A DNA stretch of 64,000 nucleotides. Source: Candidatus Sumerlaeia bacterium. Lineage in GTDB: Bacteria; Sumerlaeota; Sumerlaeia; SLMS01; JANRJK01. The stretch is from positions 64,001 to 128,000 of the forward strand of contig JANRJK010000031.1 of NCBI GenBank assembly GCA_033764015.1, written 5' to 3'. Made by a program: the position numbers and the translations under genes. Below the pieces are notes generated by a model. It made no database searches. It was not told the DNA's origin and saw nothing but the letters and a program-made list of their open reading frames with translations. The first letter of the stretch is position 1; each line of letters starts with the position of its first letter. Positions 40,513 to 50,703 of the stretch are shown here, piece after piece.

Positions 40513-43500
40513 CTACTCCGCGCCGCCGGAGAGCGCCACCTGCACGCGTTCGAGGAGCTGGGCGGGGCGAAACGGCTTGGCGATGGCGCGCACCTTCGGA
40601 CCCGGCACGGTGGTGAAGGCGTCGGCTTCCGGCGGGCCGGAGCCGCTGGTGGCGATGATGGGCAGCCTCGGGACGATGGAGCGGAGCCGCGCGGCGAGCT
40701 CCGCGGCGGCCGCCGCGCCCGGCGCCAGATCGAGCATCGCCAGCGCGAGGTCCGCCTTGCAGATCCGCGCCAGGTCCAGCGCCCCGGCCGCGTCCGCCGC
40801 GGCGAGCACCTGGAAGCCGAAGCGCTCGAAGCACGCGCGGGCCACGTCGCGCGCCATGTCGTCGCCGTCCACCACGAGCACGTGCCCGTGCAGGTTGCGC
40901 GGGATGGCGAGCGGCGTCCCGCCGGAGTCGAACTCCGCCTTGGCGGATCCGGTGTGCACCGGGAACAGCGCGCGGATCGTGGTGCCGCGCCCCGGGGCGG
41001 AGCTGACGAAGATCGCGCCGCCGTGCGAGGCGACGATGCCGAGCACCACCGCGAGGCCGAGGCCCTGGCCCCCCGCCTCGGCGCTGTAGAACGGCTCGAA
41101 CATGCGGGTGCGCACCTCGTCGGGCATGCCGGCGCCGTTGTCCTCGATCTCGAGGAACACATGGCGCCCCGGCTCGAGCGCCGTGCGCGCGTAGGAGCGC
41201 GCCAGCACCTCCGCTGTCGAGTCCGCCACGCCGGTCCGCACCGTGATCCGGGGCGCGGGCGTCGAGCGCACCGCCGCGAAGGAGTTGGTCAGCAGGTTCG
41301 TCACCACCTGGCCGATGCGCGCCACGTCGATCTGCACCAGCGGGAGCGCGGAGGGGAGGTCGACGACCATGTCCGCCTCGGTGAGGCGCTGGGAGCGGAC
41401 CAGCGTGACGACGCCGGAGACGACCTTCGACAGGTCGAGGGGGCGCACGTCGAAGCGCCCGCGCCCGGCGTAGGCGAGCAGTTGGCCGGTCAGCTCCGCC
41501 GCGCGGTCCGAGGCCGCCTCGATCTTCTCGAGGGACGGGCGGACCGGGCTGTCCGGGGGCAGCGCCATGGCGGCGAGGCCCGCGTTCCCCTGGATCGCGG
41601 ACAGCAGGTTGTTGAACTCGTGGGCGATGCCGCCGGCGAGCACGCCGATGCTCTCCATCTTCTGCGCCGCCTGCAGGCGCTCGCGGTTCGCCTGCTCGCG
41701 CTGCGCCGCGCGGACGCGTTCGCTGACGTCGCGCAGCACCGCCAGGCAGTGCGTCGCCACGCCGGACGCGTCGCGCACCGGTGTGAGGTTCAGCTCGAGG
41801 TACGACTCGGCGCCGCCCGGACCCGGGAGGGCGAACTCGGCGCGGGCGGGATGCCGCCGCATCAGCGCCGCGCGCGCGGGTCCCCACGCCACCGGGTCGC
41901 GCCGCAGCGCCGCGAGGAACGACGGCTCGCGCCCGAGCGCCTCCGCCGCGGTTCCGCCCGCCAGCCGGTAGTACGAGTCGCTCGCGTAGATCACCGTCAG
42001 CCCGTCGAATCGCACCGGGTCCCACGCCATCATCACCAGCGCGTCGCCGGAGTGGCGCATCGCGGTGTCCAGGAGGCGCACGCGGTCCGCGGCGGCGCGG
42101 CGCTCCGTGATGTCCTCGAACATGCCGAGCGCGTAGCGCGGGGCGCCGGCGGCGTCGCGGATCATGGAGACCGTCATGCGGCCCCAGACGCCGGTGCCGT
42201 CGCGGCGCAGGTAGCGCTTCTCGACCTCGTAGCGCTCGATGCGCCCCTCGAAGAGCGCGCGGAGGTTCTCCGCCGTCGAGGCGCGGTCCTCCGGGTGCGT
42301 CACATCCAACACGTTCAGGTTCACGCCCTGCTCGAGCGTGTAGCCGAGGAGGCGCCCGAAGGCGGCGTTGAACGTCAGGACGCGGCCGTCCGTGGCGGCC
42401 AGGCCGATGCCGATCGGCGAGTTGTCGAAGATGGCGCGCAGGCGCTCCTCGCTGGCGCGGAGCGCCTCGAGCGCGGTGCGGCGCTCGGTGATGTCGCGGA
42501 TGCCTCCGCGGACGCCGGCCACGCGGGCGCCGTCGCGGAACGGGGCCGTCGCGTCGCGGATCCAGCGCGTCGCGCCGTCCTTGCTGACGATGCGGTACTC
42601 GTCGAAGCGGCTTTCCCCGGCGAGCACGCGGCGCACGCGGCGGCGCCAGGCGGGGCGGTCCTCCGGATGCACGATCGACTCCCAGCCGCCGGGGCGCGCC
42701 AGCTCCTCCGCCGTGTAGCCCGTCACCGCCGTCAGGTCGCCCGCGGCCCACGCCAGGCGCGGCTCGCCCGTGTGGCGGCGCTGGACGATCTCGTAGTGGA
42801 AGTCGCTCGTCAGCTCCGCCACCGAGCGGAGCCGCTCCGCCTGCCGCAGCATCTCGCGGTGGCCCTCCGCGCGCTCCGTCGCGTCCAGCGAGATGCGGCA
42901 GATGTTGACGATCTCGCCCCGCCGGTTCCGCACCGGGGTGTAGCCCACCTCGAAGAAGCGCGTGCGCCCGTTCAGGTCCGAAACGGCGCACAGCTCGGAC
43001 GTGTGCTGCCCCGAGAGCGCGGCGCCGAAGCTCTCGCAGAACCCCTCGAGCTCCTGCGGCGGCACGTAGTCGACGAAGGAGCGCCCCACCACGATGGGGC
43101 GGTCCTGCACCAGCCGCATCTGCCGCTCCGCCGCGTGGTTCAGGCTCTCGATGCGCATCGAGGGCGACAGCACCACGACGCTTTGCGGGATCGAGTCGAA
43201 GACCGCGCGGAGCAGCGACTCGCTGGCGCCGAGCGCCTGGTTGGTGGCCTGGAGGCGGCGCTCCGCCTGCCGCAGCGGCGTCACGTCGGCGAAGCACCAG
43301 GTGCGCAGCGCGCGCCCGGCGTAGTGCGAGACGCGGGTGCGGAGCTGGAGCCGGCGCGCGGCGCGCTCGGGGCCGAGCGTCACTTCCCGCGCCGCCTCGC
43401 CGAGCGGCTGCGGCTTCTCCCCGTCCACATCGTCCCACTCCTCCGCCAGCCGGCGCAGCAGCGCGGCGCCCGCCGCGGCGCCTCCGCCGTGCGCCGCGGC

Positions 43501-44301
43501 GAGGTCGTCGAACGGCGTGTTGCGGTAGCGGAGCTCGCCCAGCTCGACGTCCTCCACGGCGAGCGGCAGCGGAATCGCGGAAAGCACCGCCGCCAACCGG
43601 TCCTCCATGTGCGACATCATCGGCTCGCTGCCCAGCACGGGGGTCAGGTCGATGCCGACGGTCGCCGCGACCGGTTGCCCGGCGGGGCCCCGCGCGGGGA
43701 GCCGGAGCGTGCCGCGCAGGATCGGGCCCTTCGCCGAATCGATCGTGTCCACATGGAAACTCGGAATCCCCTCCTTGATGGCGCGGGTGTCCCGCGCGCG
43801 GATCTCCCGGGCGGACGCCTCCGGGAGGAAGTCCTCCGGCGTCCGGCCGAGCCAAGGCGCGCCGGAGATCGGCGGCGCCGACGCGCCCGCCGGGTTCACA
43901 TGGAGGAAGACACTCCGCGCGTCCCGCACCCAGAGCGGCGCGCCGCTGCCTTCGAACGCCTGCGCCAACTGCTCCAGCGTCGCGAAGCCCTGCGGGATGC
44001 CGGGCTCCGGCGGACGCGCGGCGACCAGCAGCATCCCCGGCCGGCCCGCGCTGCGCCGCGCCGTGGCGAGAAGCCCGCTCCCGCCCGCGTGCAGCAGGAA
44101 CGGCTCGCCGCCGCTGCGCGCGGCCAGCTCCTCAGCCGTCGCGCCGAGCAGCTCCGCCGAGGTCCGCCCCTTCGGCTCCCGCGCGCCGAGCAGCCTTGCC
44201 ATCGTCGGCGTGCAGTCCACAATCGTCCCGGAAGCGGCGTCCACCACCGCGACACCTTCCGAAACAAGGCCGAGGGCCTCTTGCGCGAACTGGTCGTCCA
44301 T
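40513..44301 (-). CDS. Cytoplasmic multi-PAS hybrid histidine kinase (CckA-like) with receiver
   Basis: Several PAS/PAC (HPED, YRIVSKDG, YLRRDG), H-box AGGIAHEFNNLL, NLLTN, DNGAGM, GLGL, receiver VLVVD..MLD..KPF. Confidence 0.93.
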   Translation of the reverse strand: MDDQFAQEALGLVSEGVAVVDAASGTIVDCTPTMARLLGAREPKGRTSAELLGATAEELAARSGGEPFLLHAGGSGLLATARRSAGRPGMLLVAARPPEPGIPQGFATLEQLAQAFEGSGAPLWVRDARSVFLHVNPAGASAPPISGAPWLGRTPEDFLPEASAREIRARDTRAIKEGIPSFHVDTIDSAKGPILRGTLRLPARGPAGQPVAATVGIDLTPVLGSEPMMSHMEDRLAAVLSAIPLPLAVEDVELGELRYRNTPFDDLAAAHGGGAAAGAALLRRLAEEWDDVDGEKPQPLGEAAREVTLGPERAARRLQLRTRVSHYAGRALRTWCFADVTPLRQAERRLQATNQALGASESLLRAVFDSIPQSVVVLSPSMRIESLNHAAERQMRLVQDRPIVVGRSFVDYVPPQELEGFCESFGAALSGQHTSELCAVSDLNGRTRFFEVGYTPVRNRRGEIVNICRISLDATERAEGHREMLRQAERLRSVAELTSDFHYEIVQRRHTGEPRLAWAAGDLTAVTGYTAEELARPGGWESIVHPEDRPAWRRRVRRVLAGESRFDEYRIVSKDGATRWIRDATAPFRDGARVAGVRGGIRDITERRTALEALRASEERLRAIFDNSPIGIGLAATDGRVLTFNAAFGRLLGYTLEQGVNLNVLDVTHPEDRASTAENLRALFEGRIERYEVEKRYLRRDGTGVWGRMTVSMIRDAAGAPRYALGMFEDITERRAAADRVRLLDTAMRHSGDALVMMAWDPVRFDGLTVIYASDSYYRLAGGTAAEALGREPSFLAALRRDPVAWGPARAALMRRHPARAEFALPGPGGAESYLELNLTPVRDASGVATHCLAVLRDVSERVRAAQREQANRERLQAAQKMESIGVLAGGIAHEFNNLLSAIQGNAGLAAMALPPDSPVRPSLEKIEAASDRAAELTGQLLAYAGRGRFDVRPLDLSKVVSGVVTLVRSQRLTEADMVVDLPSALPLVQIDVARIGQVVTNLLTNSFAAVRSTPAPRITVRTGVADSTAEVLARSYARTALEPGRHVFLEIEDNGAGMPDEVRTRMFEPFYSAEAGGQGLGLAVVLGIVASHGGAIFVSSAPGRGTTIRALFPVHTGSAKAEFDSGGTPLAIPRNLHGHVLVVDGDDMARDVARACFERFGFQVLAAADAAGALDLARICKADLALAMLDLAPGAAAAAELAARLRSIVPRLPIIATSGSGPPEADAFTTVPGPKVRAIAKPFRPAQLLERVQVALSGGAE

Positions 44302-44390
44302 CGGGAACCGCGGGCCGCTGCTGGGCCCCTCCGAAACGGGATGCGGAAGAAACTGAGTTCAAACCACTTCGACGGTGTTCCGCAATGCCT

Positions 44391-45290
44391 ATGAGAGCCG
44401 CCACCGCCGCCGCGCTCCTTGCGCTGGCCGCCATCGCGCCGGCGCAGGAAACGGTCCGCCCGGACCGCCGCGCCGACCGCCCCTCCGCGGGGCCCGTGGC
44501 GGTGCGTGTCGCGCCGCTGGAACTCAGCATCGCCGCCGACGACGGCTTCTACCGCTCCTCCGTGTGGGAGGGCGCTCCGGAGGTGGCCGACTACGACGCG
44601 GAAACGGTGACCGCCGCGGGGGCCCGCCGCGGGCGCGTCGAGCTGCGCCTCGGGCGCGGGGCCCTCTCGCGCGAGACACGCGCCGAAGCGGGATTCCCCC
44701 GCGATCCCGCCACGGCGGAGGACGCGATGCGCCTGCGCGTGTCGGGGCTGCCGGCGGATTTCGCCGCGCCGGCCTGGCAGGTCGACTTCTGGGCGCCGCT
44801 CGCGGAGCCGCGCCGCGTGCTGCGATCCACCTACGCCGCCAGCACGGCGGAGGGGCCCCTCTTCACCGATGCCCAGGCATGGCGCACGCGCCCCGCCGCC
44901 GTGTCGCACGGCCCCCGCTTCGGCACGCGCGAGCACCCGCTTTCCCTGGGGCCCGGCGCGGTGCTCGAGGAGGCGCTGCCGCTGGTGCTGCGGGCGCTCC
45001 GCTTCGAGGACGGGCTCTCCGCCTACACGCAGCTCGCGGAGCCGCTCGCGCGCGAACTCGCCGGCCCGCCCACCACCTCGCCCGCCATCATCAAGGTCCG
45101 CCGCCCCGCCCGGCCCGTGGTTGTTCCGGGCGCCTCGCGCACCACCGGCGAAGCGTGGGAGGTCGCCGTCGAAGCGGAGGACGGACGCCGCCTGCGCTTC
45201 GTCTTCGACGACTCGCCGACGCGCACGCTGCTGCGCTACGAGGACGACCGCGGCACCGCGTGGCGGCTGCGCTCCGTGTCGCGGCGCTAG
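44391..45290 (+). CDS. Exported hypothetical protein
   Basis: Signal peptide MRAATAAALLALAAIAPA-Q; beta-rich C-terminus; host codon use. Confidence 0.65.
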   Translation: MRAATAAALLALAAIAPAQETVRPDRRADRPSAGPVAVRVAPLELSIAADDGFYRSSVWEGAPEVADYDAETVTAAGARRGRVELRLGRGALSRETRAEAGFPRDPATAEDAMRLRVSGLPADFAAPAWQVDFWAPLAEPRRVLRSTYAASTAEGPLFTDAQAWRTRPAAVSHGPRFGTREHPLSLGPGAVLEEALPLVLRALRFEDGLSAYTQLAEPLARELAGPPTTSPAIIKVRRPARPVVVPGASRTTGEAWEVAVEAEDGRRLRFVFDDSPTRTLLRYEDDRGTAWRLRSVSRR

Positions 45291-45586
45291 TTGCCGTCCG
45301 GCCCGCGCTCCACTCGGTCCACGTACGCCTTCGCCTCCGCGAGGCCGCAGTTCTTCAGCTCGCGGTAGAACTTGATCGCGGCGATCTTGTTGCCTGCGCG
45401 GACCAGCTCATCCACTTGGTCCAGCCCTTCCGGCGGCACCGCGGGGAGGGAGCCGGGCGGCAACGGTTCCGGCGCCCCGCCGGGCTCCAGCCGCCCGATG
45501 CGCTCCTCCAGATCGGCCACCTGCGACCGCGTCTGCATGAGAATTCCGAAGGTCACGAGTGCGAGGAAGAAGCCGAGTACGGACAT
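45287..45586 (-). CDS. Small membrane-anchored protein with ribosomal L7/L12 C-terminal-like domain (copy 2)
   Basis: N-terminal TM, short coiled coil, Pro linker, GNKIAAIKFYRELKNCGLAEAKAYVD; GAGG SD. Confidence 0.82.
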   Translation of the reverse strand: MSVLGFFLALVTFGILMQTRSQVADLEERIGRLEPGGAPEPLPPGSLPAVPPEGLDQVDELVRAGNKIAAIKFYRELKNCGLAEAKAYVDRVERGPDGN

Positions 45587-45647
45587 GGAACGTCCCTCAT
45601 TGGATTGGGAGCTGGCACCACCAGTCGCGGGCTTGCGCGGCGCCGAC

Positions 45648-45971
45648 CTATGCCTCGTCCGGCGGCCGCTCGATGAGATCGACCACGGCCTTTGCCTCGT
45701 CGAAACCGCATCCGGTCAGTTCCCTGAAGGACTTGATCGCCTCGGCCCTTTTCCCCTCCCGGACGAGGCTGTGCACCTCGGCCAAGCTCTTCGGCGGTCT
45801 GCCGGTCATCGGTGGGGTTCCCTCTCCCCGCATCTCCAACCGGCTCACGCGCTGCGACAACTCCGAAGTGAGCCTGTTGAGGCTGTTGACCAGCCCGACG
45901 AGGACCGCCAGCACCACGAGCACGAAGACGATCAGCAAAAGCAGGAGGACTACGGCGGAGAGCTGGGACAC
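45648..45971 (-). CDS. Small membrane-anchored protein with ribosomal L7/L12 C-terminal-like domain (copy 1)
   Basis: Long TM, coiled coil, Pro linker, GKRAEAIKSFRELTGCGFDEAKAVVD; GAGG SD. Confidence 0.8.
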   Translation of the reverse strand: MSQLSAVVLLLLLIVFVLVVLAVLVGLVNSLNRLTSELSQRVSRLEMRGEGTPPMTGRPPKSLAEVHSLVREGKRAEAIKSFRELTGCGFDEAKAVVDLIERPPDEA

Positions 45972-45983
45972 CCGGAGCGCCTC

Positions 45984-47909
45984 TCAGTGGAACTGAAGCT
46001 GCCGGAGCCGTTCGCGGGCTTCCGCGAGCGCCTGTCGGCAGGCGGCGCGGAGCTGCGGCGCCGGGTCGTCCAGGTGCTGCAGCAGCGCGGCGAGCGCGGG
46101 CGAGTGGTCCGGCGCGACCTGCGCCAGCGCCTGCGCGGCGCGCGCGCGCATCGCCGCGGGGCGGTGCGCGTCCGCTAGCCAGCCGCGGAGCTTCGGTTCG
46201 AGCGCCATCGCGTCCTCGCCGGCCACCTGCAGCAGCCGTAGCGCGGCCGTCGCCATCTCCTCGTCGTCGGATCCGAGCGCCGCCACCGCCTGCGCGCACC
46301 AGGCCGGATCCGCCCGGCCCGCGCGCGCCAGCAGCAGCCTACCCCAGAGCGCCGCCGTCGGATCCATCCCGGGGCGCGACAACTGCTCCGCCACCTCGCG
46401 CAGCGCGTCGTCCGTCGACTTGTTGAGCAGCGCCAGCGTGCGGAACGCCTCGCGGCGCACCTTCGGATCCGGGTCCTTCAGCCCCTTCGCCACCACGGCG
46501 ACGAGCGCCGTCGAGTGGTGCCGGTAGCCGCGGGGGGCCTCGACCGCGGCGACGCGCGCCGCCGCGTCGGGCGATTCGGAAAGCGATTCGAGCACCGCGA
46601 CCAGCTCGGCGATCGGCAGGTGCGAGTCGTCCAGGTGCTTCAGGACCAGCGGCGCGCGCGGGTCGGCGCCCTGCAGCAGCGCGCGCAGCACCACGCGGAC
46701 GCCCGGCACCCCGAGCGCCAGCAGTCCGACCACCGCCGCTTCGGCCTCCGCCGGCGTGGACGACGCCTCCGTGAGGACCGCCTCGAGGTCGGGCAGGTAC
46801 TCGAGCCTCGCGAGGCCGGGCTGCTCCAGCGCTTCGAGCACCGCGAGGCGCTTCGCCGGGTCCGCGAGCGCGGCGCGCACGGCGCCGGTGTCGGAGCGGC
46901 GCTCGATCCAGAGCGAGGCGGCGATGAAGCGCGCCCGCGGCCTGCCCTGCGCCATCGCCGCCTCGATCAGCGGCAGGTGCGCGAGGCCGAAGGAGGCGGC
47001 GAGGCTTCCCGCCTCCTTAGCGACTTCGGTGTCCTCCGCGGAGCAGGCGTCGAGGGCGGCCCGGAGGACATCGGCGTCGTTCGTCCGCAGGCGGGTGAGC
47101 GCGCGGAGCGCCTGCTGGCGCTGCCGCGGGTCGCCCGCGGCGGCGCGCGCGATCTCGAGCAGGGGCGCCACGAAGGCCCCGTGGCCCCGCGGCGCGGCGC
47201 CCGCCGCCAGCAGCGCCGCGTCCACGACCTCCCGCGACGGGTCGCGCAGCGCCGCCGCGATCCGGTCCTCGACGTGGCGCCCCATCAGCCACTGGTTGCC
47301 GCACAGCCGCAGCGCCGCCGCGCGCACCCGGTCGTCCGCGGATTCCAGCCAGCGGGCGACCGCCTGGTGCAGCAGCGCGAGCGACTCGTCGGGCTCCTTG
47401 CGCAGGTTGCGCGCGCCGAGCAGCGAGACCACCTCCGCGAGGACTCCGGGATCGGGGCGGCCCTCGAGGCGGCGGAGGAATTCCGGCAGCGGAGTCTCGC
47501 TTCCGGGGCGGGCGGCCTCCCAGCCGAGCCGGAGCAGCTCCGCGGCCTCGCGCGCCTCCCGCGCCTCGACCGCGAGGATGCGGGCGGCCAGCGCGGGGTC
47601 GGTGGCGAGGTGGTGGAAGAGGGCGAGCTTGCCCGCCGTGTCCGCGTCGGCCCAGCGGCGCGCGAGGTGCTCGGCGGCGTCGTCGCCGTGGTGCTTGAGG
47701 AGGTGCGCGGCGATCGCCGCCACCGACTGGTCGGCGGAGGCGAGCGCGGTGGCCAGCTCCGCGCAGGTGTCGGGGTCGTCCCATTCGCTGAAGAAGAACG
47801 CCGCCTTCCACGCGGCCACCTCGCCCAGCCCCGCCACCGCCTCGCGGATCGGCGGGAACGGGATGCGCGCCGTGGCGCGCTGCAGGTCGAGCGGCCAGCC
47901 CGCGTTCAT
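45984..47909 (-). CDS. HEAT-repeat protein
   Basis: Repeated L-D-xx-VR-xAA-L units (ALRDPSREVVDAA, GLKDPDPKVRREA, HLDDPAPQLRAAC). Confidence 0.8.
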   Translation of the reverse strand: MNAGWPLDLQRATARIPFPPIREAVAGLGEVAAWKAAFFFSEWDDPDTCAELATALASADQSVAAIAAHLLKHHGDDAAEHLARRWADADTAGKLALFHHLATDPALAARILAVEAREAREAAELLRLGWEAARPGSETPLPEFLRRLEGRPDPGVLAEVVSLLGARNLRKEPDESLALLHQAVARWLESADDRVRAAALRLCGNQWLMGRHVEDRIAAALRDPSREVVDAALLAAGAAPRGHGAFVAPLLEIARAAAGDPRQRQQALRALTRLRTNDADVLRAALDACSAEDTEVAKEAGSLAASFGLAHLPLIEAAMAQGRPRARFIAASLWIERRSDTGAVRAALADPAKRLAVLEALEQPGLARLEYLPDLEAVLTEASSTPAEAEAAVVGLLALGVPGVRVVLRALLQGADPRAPLVLKHLDDSHLPIAELVAVLESLSESPDAAARVAAVEAPRGYRHHSTALVAVVAKGLKDPDPKVRREAFRTLALLNKSTDDALREVAEQLSRPGMDPTAALWGRLLLARAGRADPAWCAQAVAALGSDDEEMATAALRLLQVAGEDAMALEPKLRGWLADAHRPAAMRARAAQALAQVAPDHSPALAALLQHLDDPAPQLRAACRQALAEARERLRQLQFH

Positions 47910-49285
47910 GGCGGAGCGAGCCGTCCCGTCTCGAACCGCAGCGCTTCTTCCAGGTCGGCGAAGTCGTAGCGGAATCCCCAGGCGCCCAGCCGCGCCGGCA
48001 GCACGCGGTTGCCGCAGAGCAGCAGTTGCTCGCCCATTTCGCCGAAGAGCCCGCGGACCGCCGCCGCGGGGAGCGGCAGCAGCGACGGACGCCCCAGCGC
48101 CCGGCCGAGCGCCCGGGCGAATTCGCGGTTGGTCGCAGGCTGCGGGGCGGTCGCGTTCAATGGGCCCTCGTGGCGGGAATCGAACAACGACTCAACCAGC
48201 ACAGCGACCAGATCGTCGAGGTGAATCCAACTCATGTACTGCTCTCCGCCGCCGACCGGCCCTCCGGCCCCGGCGAGGAAGGCGGGCAGCATCTTCGCCA
48301 ACGCGCCCCCCTGCGCGGAGAGGACCACGCCGATCCGCGGATGCACCGTGCGCACGCCCGCGTCGCGGGCGGGGGCCGCGGCGGCTTCCCAATCCCGGGC
48401 CACGTCGGCGAGGAACCCTTCGCCGAGCTCGCTCTTCTCCGTCAGCTCCTCGCTGCCGCGGTCGCCGTAGGCGCCGGTCGCGGAGGCGGAGACGAACACC
48501 CGCGGGCCGGCGCCCCTGGTCGCCAGCGCCTGCGCCAGCGTCCGCGTGCAGTCCACGCGGCTGCGCCGGATCTCGTCCTTGTACTCGTCCGTCCATTGCC
48601 GGCCGGCGATGGACGCGCCGGAGAGGTTCACCACCGCGTCGCATCGGGACAGCGCGGCGGCGTCGACTTCGCCCTTCGCGGGATCCCAGGCGATCTCGTC
48701 CGGCGTCGCCGCCGCGCGGCGCACCAGCGGCCGCACGCGGTGGCCTCCCGTTTCGAGGAACAGGCGCAGCGCGGTTCCCACCAGGCCGCTGGCGCCGGAG
48801 ATCGCCACCGTGAGGCGGGGGCGCACCTTGTAGTCGTGCTGCCGCCGCAGGTCGTTCCCCAGCCGCCGGGCGCGGAACGCGAAGAGCCGCCGCAGGTCGC
48901 CGGCCATGAAGGAGTTGGCCATCGCGCCGAGCGCCCCAAGCGGCAGCTCGAACTCGACTTCGTCCCGGAGCAGGGAGCGGCCGGGGCCGTCCTCCAGGAA
49001 GCGGTGCGTGTGGCGCCACATAGCGAAGGGCCCGCGCTCCTGCACGTCGGTGAACTCGCCGCCCGCGCGGTAGCCCTCCATGCGCGCCAGCCACGTGAGC
49101 CAGACCGGCCCCTTGCGGATCTGGAACTCGACGATTCCGCCGTCCCGGATCCCCCCCTCGGCGCGGACCAGCCGCATGCGCTCCCACGGCGGCGCCAGGC
49201 GCAGGAACGCGCCCGGCTTCTCGTGCCACGCGAAGAGCTCGGGGGCGGGGACGTCGTATCGCGACTCGAAGAGGAACCTGGCCAT
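47906..49285 (-). CDS. SRPBCC + TIGR01777-family NAD-dependent epimerase fusion
   Basis: FAWHEKPGAFLRLAPPW, FTDVQERGPF..WRHTH; ISGASGLVG, VVNLSG, GFLADVARDWE, MSWIHLDD, NATAP. Confidence 0.92.
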   Translation of the reverse strand: MARFLFESRYDVPAPELFAWHEKPGAFLRLAPPWERMRLVRAEGGIRDGGIVEFQIRKGPVWLTWLARMEGYRAGGEFTDVQERGPFAMWRHTHRFLEDGPGRSLLRDEVEFELPLGALGAMANSFMAGDLRRLFAFRARRLGNDLRRQHDYKVRPRLTVAISGASGLVGTALRLFLETGGHRVRPLVRRAAATPDEIAWDPAKGEVDAAALSRCDAVVNLSGASIAGRQWTDEYKDEIRRSRVDCTRTLAQALATRGAGPRVFVSASATGAYGDRGSEELTEKSELGEGFLADVARDWEAAAAPARDAGVRTVHPRIGVVLSAQGGALAKMLPAFLAGAGGPVGGGEQYMSWIHLDDLVAVLVESLFDSRHEGPLNATAPQPATNREFARALGRALGRPSLLPLPAAAVRGLFGEMGEQLLLCGNRVLPARLGAWGFRYDFADLEEALRFETGRLAPP

Positions 49286-49413
49286 GGAGGAGTTTTACCT
49301 TCGACGGCGGCAGGGAAGCAAGCGCCGCCGCGCGGGAACACCGCTTGCCGCGCGCCGCCGCCCGCGGCGTACCCTTCCCGGCTCCGCATTCCCCCGTGAA
49401 AGGAGGTCTCTCG

Positions 49414-50554
49414 ATGCGCGTACTCTCCGAAACCGTCGCCCTGCTCGACCAGGTCGTCGCCGCCTGCGCCCGCAGCCGGGAGTATCTTTAACGCCGACGC
49501 CACCAAGTCCGAGATCGAGGCCCTCGAGGCCCAGTCGCAGGCGCCCGACTTCTGGGAGGACCAGAAGCGCGCCCAGGACATGATGCGCCGCATCAACGAA
49601 TTGAAGGCCACGATCGAGCCCTGGATGGCCCTCGAGCGCGAAGCCGCCGACGGCCTCGAACTCGCCGCCATGCTCCGCGAGGAGGGCCTCGCCGAAGGCT
49701 CCGACGCCGACGAGCTGGGCGAGAACGCCGACGCGCTCAAGGCCCGCCTCGAGCAGCTCGAACTCCGCTCGATGCTCAACGAGCCCTCGGACCAGCTCCC
49801 CGCGTTCCTCCAGATCCACGCCGGCGCCGGAGGCACCGAGTCGCAGGACTGGGCCCAGATGCTCCTGCGCATGTACACCCGCTGGTGCGAGCGCAAGGGC
49901 TACAAGGTCGAGATGCTCGACCTCGAGGAGGGCGACACCGCCGGCATCAAGGACGCCACGCTCCGCATCGAGGGGCCCCTCGCCTTCGGCTACCTCAAGG
50001 CCGAATCCGGCGTCCACCGCCTGGTGCGCATTTCGCCCTACGACGCGAACGCCCGCCGCCACACCAGCTTCGCCTCCGTGGACGTCACGCCCGAGATCGA
50101 CGACTCGATCGAGGTCGACATCGGCGTGAAGGACAAGGACTGGCGCATCGACTCCTTCCGCTCCTCCGGCAAGGGCGGCCAGAAGGTGAACAAGACCACC
50201 TCCGCGGTCCGCATCGTCCACTTCGCCAGCAACGTCGTCGTCTCCTGCCAGAACGAGCGGAGCTGGCACCAGAACCGCGACCTCGCCTTCCAGATCCTCC
50301 GTTCGCGCCTCTACCAGCTCGAACTCGACAAGCGGAAGAAGGAGGCGATGGCGCGCGAGGACCAGAAGATGGACATCGACTTCGGCTCGCAGATCCGCAG
50401 CTACGTGCTTCACCCCTACCAGATGGTGAACGACCACCGGCTGGAGCTGAAGACCAGCGACGCGGAAGGGGTGCTGGAAGGCGAAATCGACGCCTTCATC
50501 GACGGCTACCTGCGCCACCAGCTGGCGCAGCGCACGCTGGCGCAGAAGAAGTAG
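49414..50554 (+). CDS. prfB: Peptide chain release factor 2, expressed by +1 programmed frameshift at 49486-49492
   Basis: AGGAGG SD, ATG 49414, 25 codons to CGG GAG TAT CTT TAA C; +1 frame continues to APDFWED, GAGGTESQDW, GVHRLVRISPYD, GGQ, FGSQIRSYVLHPY. Confidence 0.96.
49477..49492 (+). promoter_or_regulatory. RF2 autoregulatory frameshift cassette (internal SD, CTT-T slip site, UAA stop)
   Basis: CGGGAG-TAT-CTT-TAA-C, same geometry as the canonical AGGGGG-TAT-CTT-TGA-C. Confidence 0.92.
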
Positions 50555-50703
50555 CCGCGCGCGGGAGCCAACTGGGCGGGGGCGCCCGCACCAGCCCCCG
50601 GCCCCCCGCCCGGCGGCGCCTTACGGCTTGCCCGGATTTGTCCGTAATGGCTGGATTGCTCTTGTCAACGGTCGCCAATTCGACTTGAGAGAGCCGGACA
50701 ATC

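Noticed and set aside
45287..45971. Calling these genes rplL
   Set aside because: They have TM anchors, lack the bL12 N-terminal domain and are not in an rplJ-rpoB context.
49414..49580. prfB pseudogene or sequencing frameshift
   Set aside because: The break falls exactly at the conserved SD-TAT-CTT-stop-C recoding cassette.
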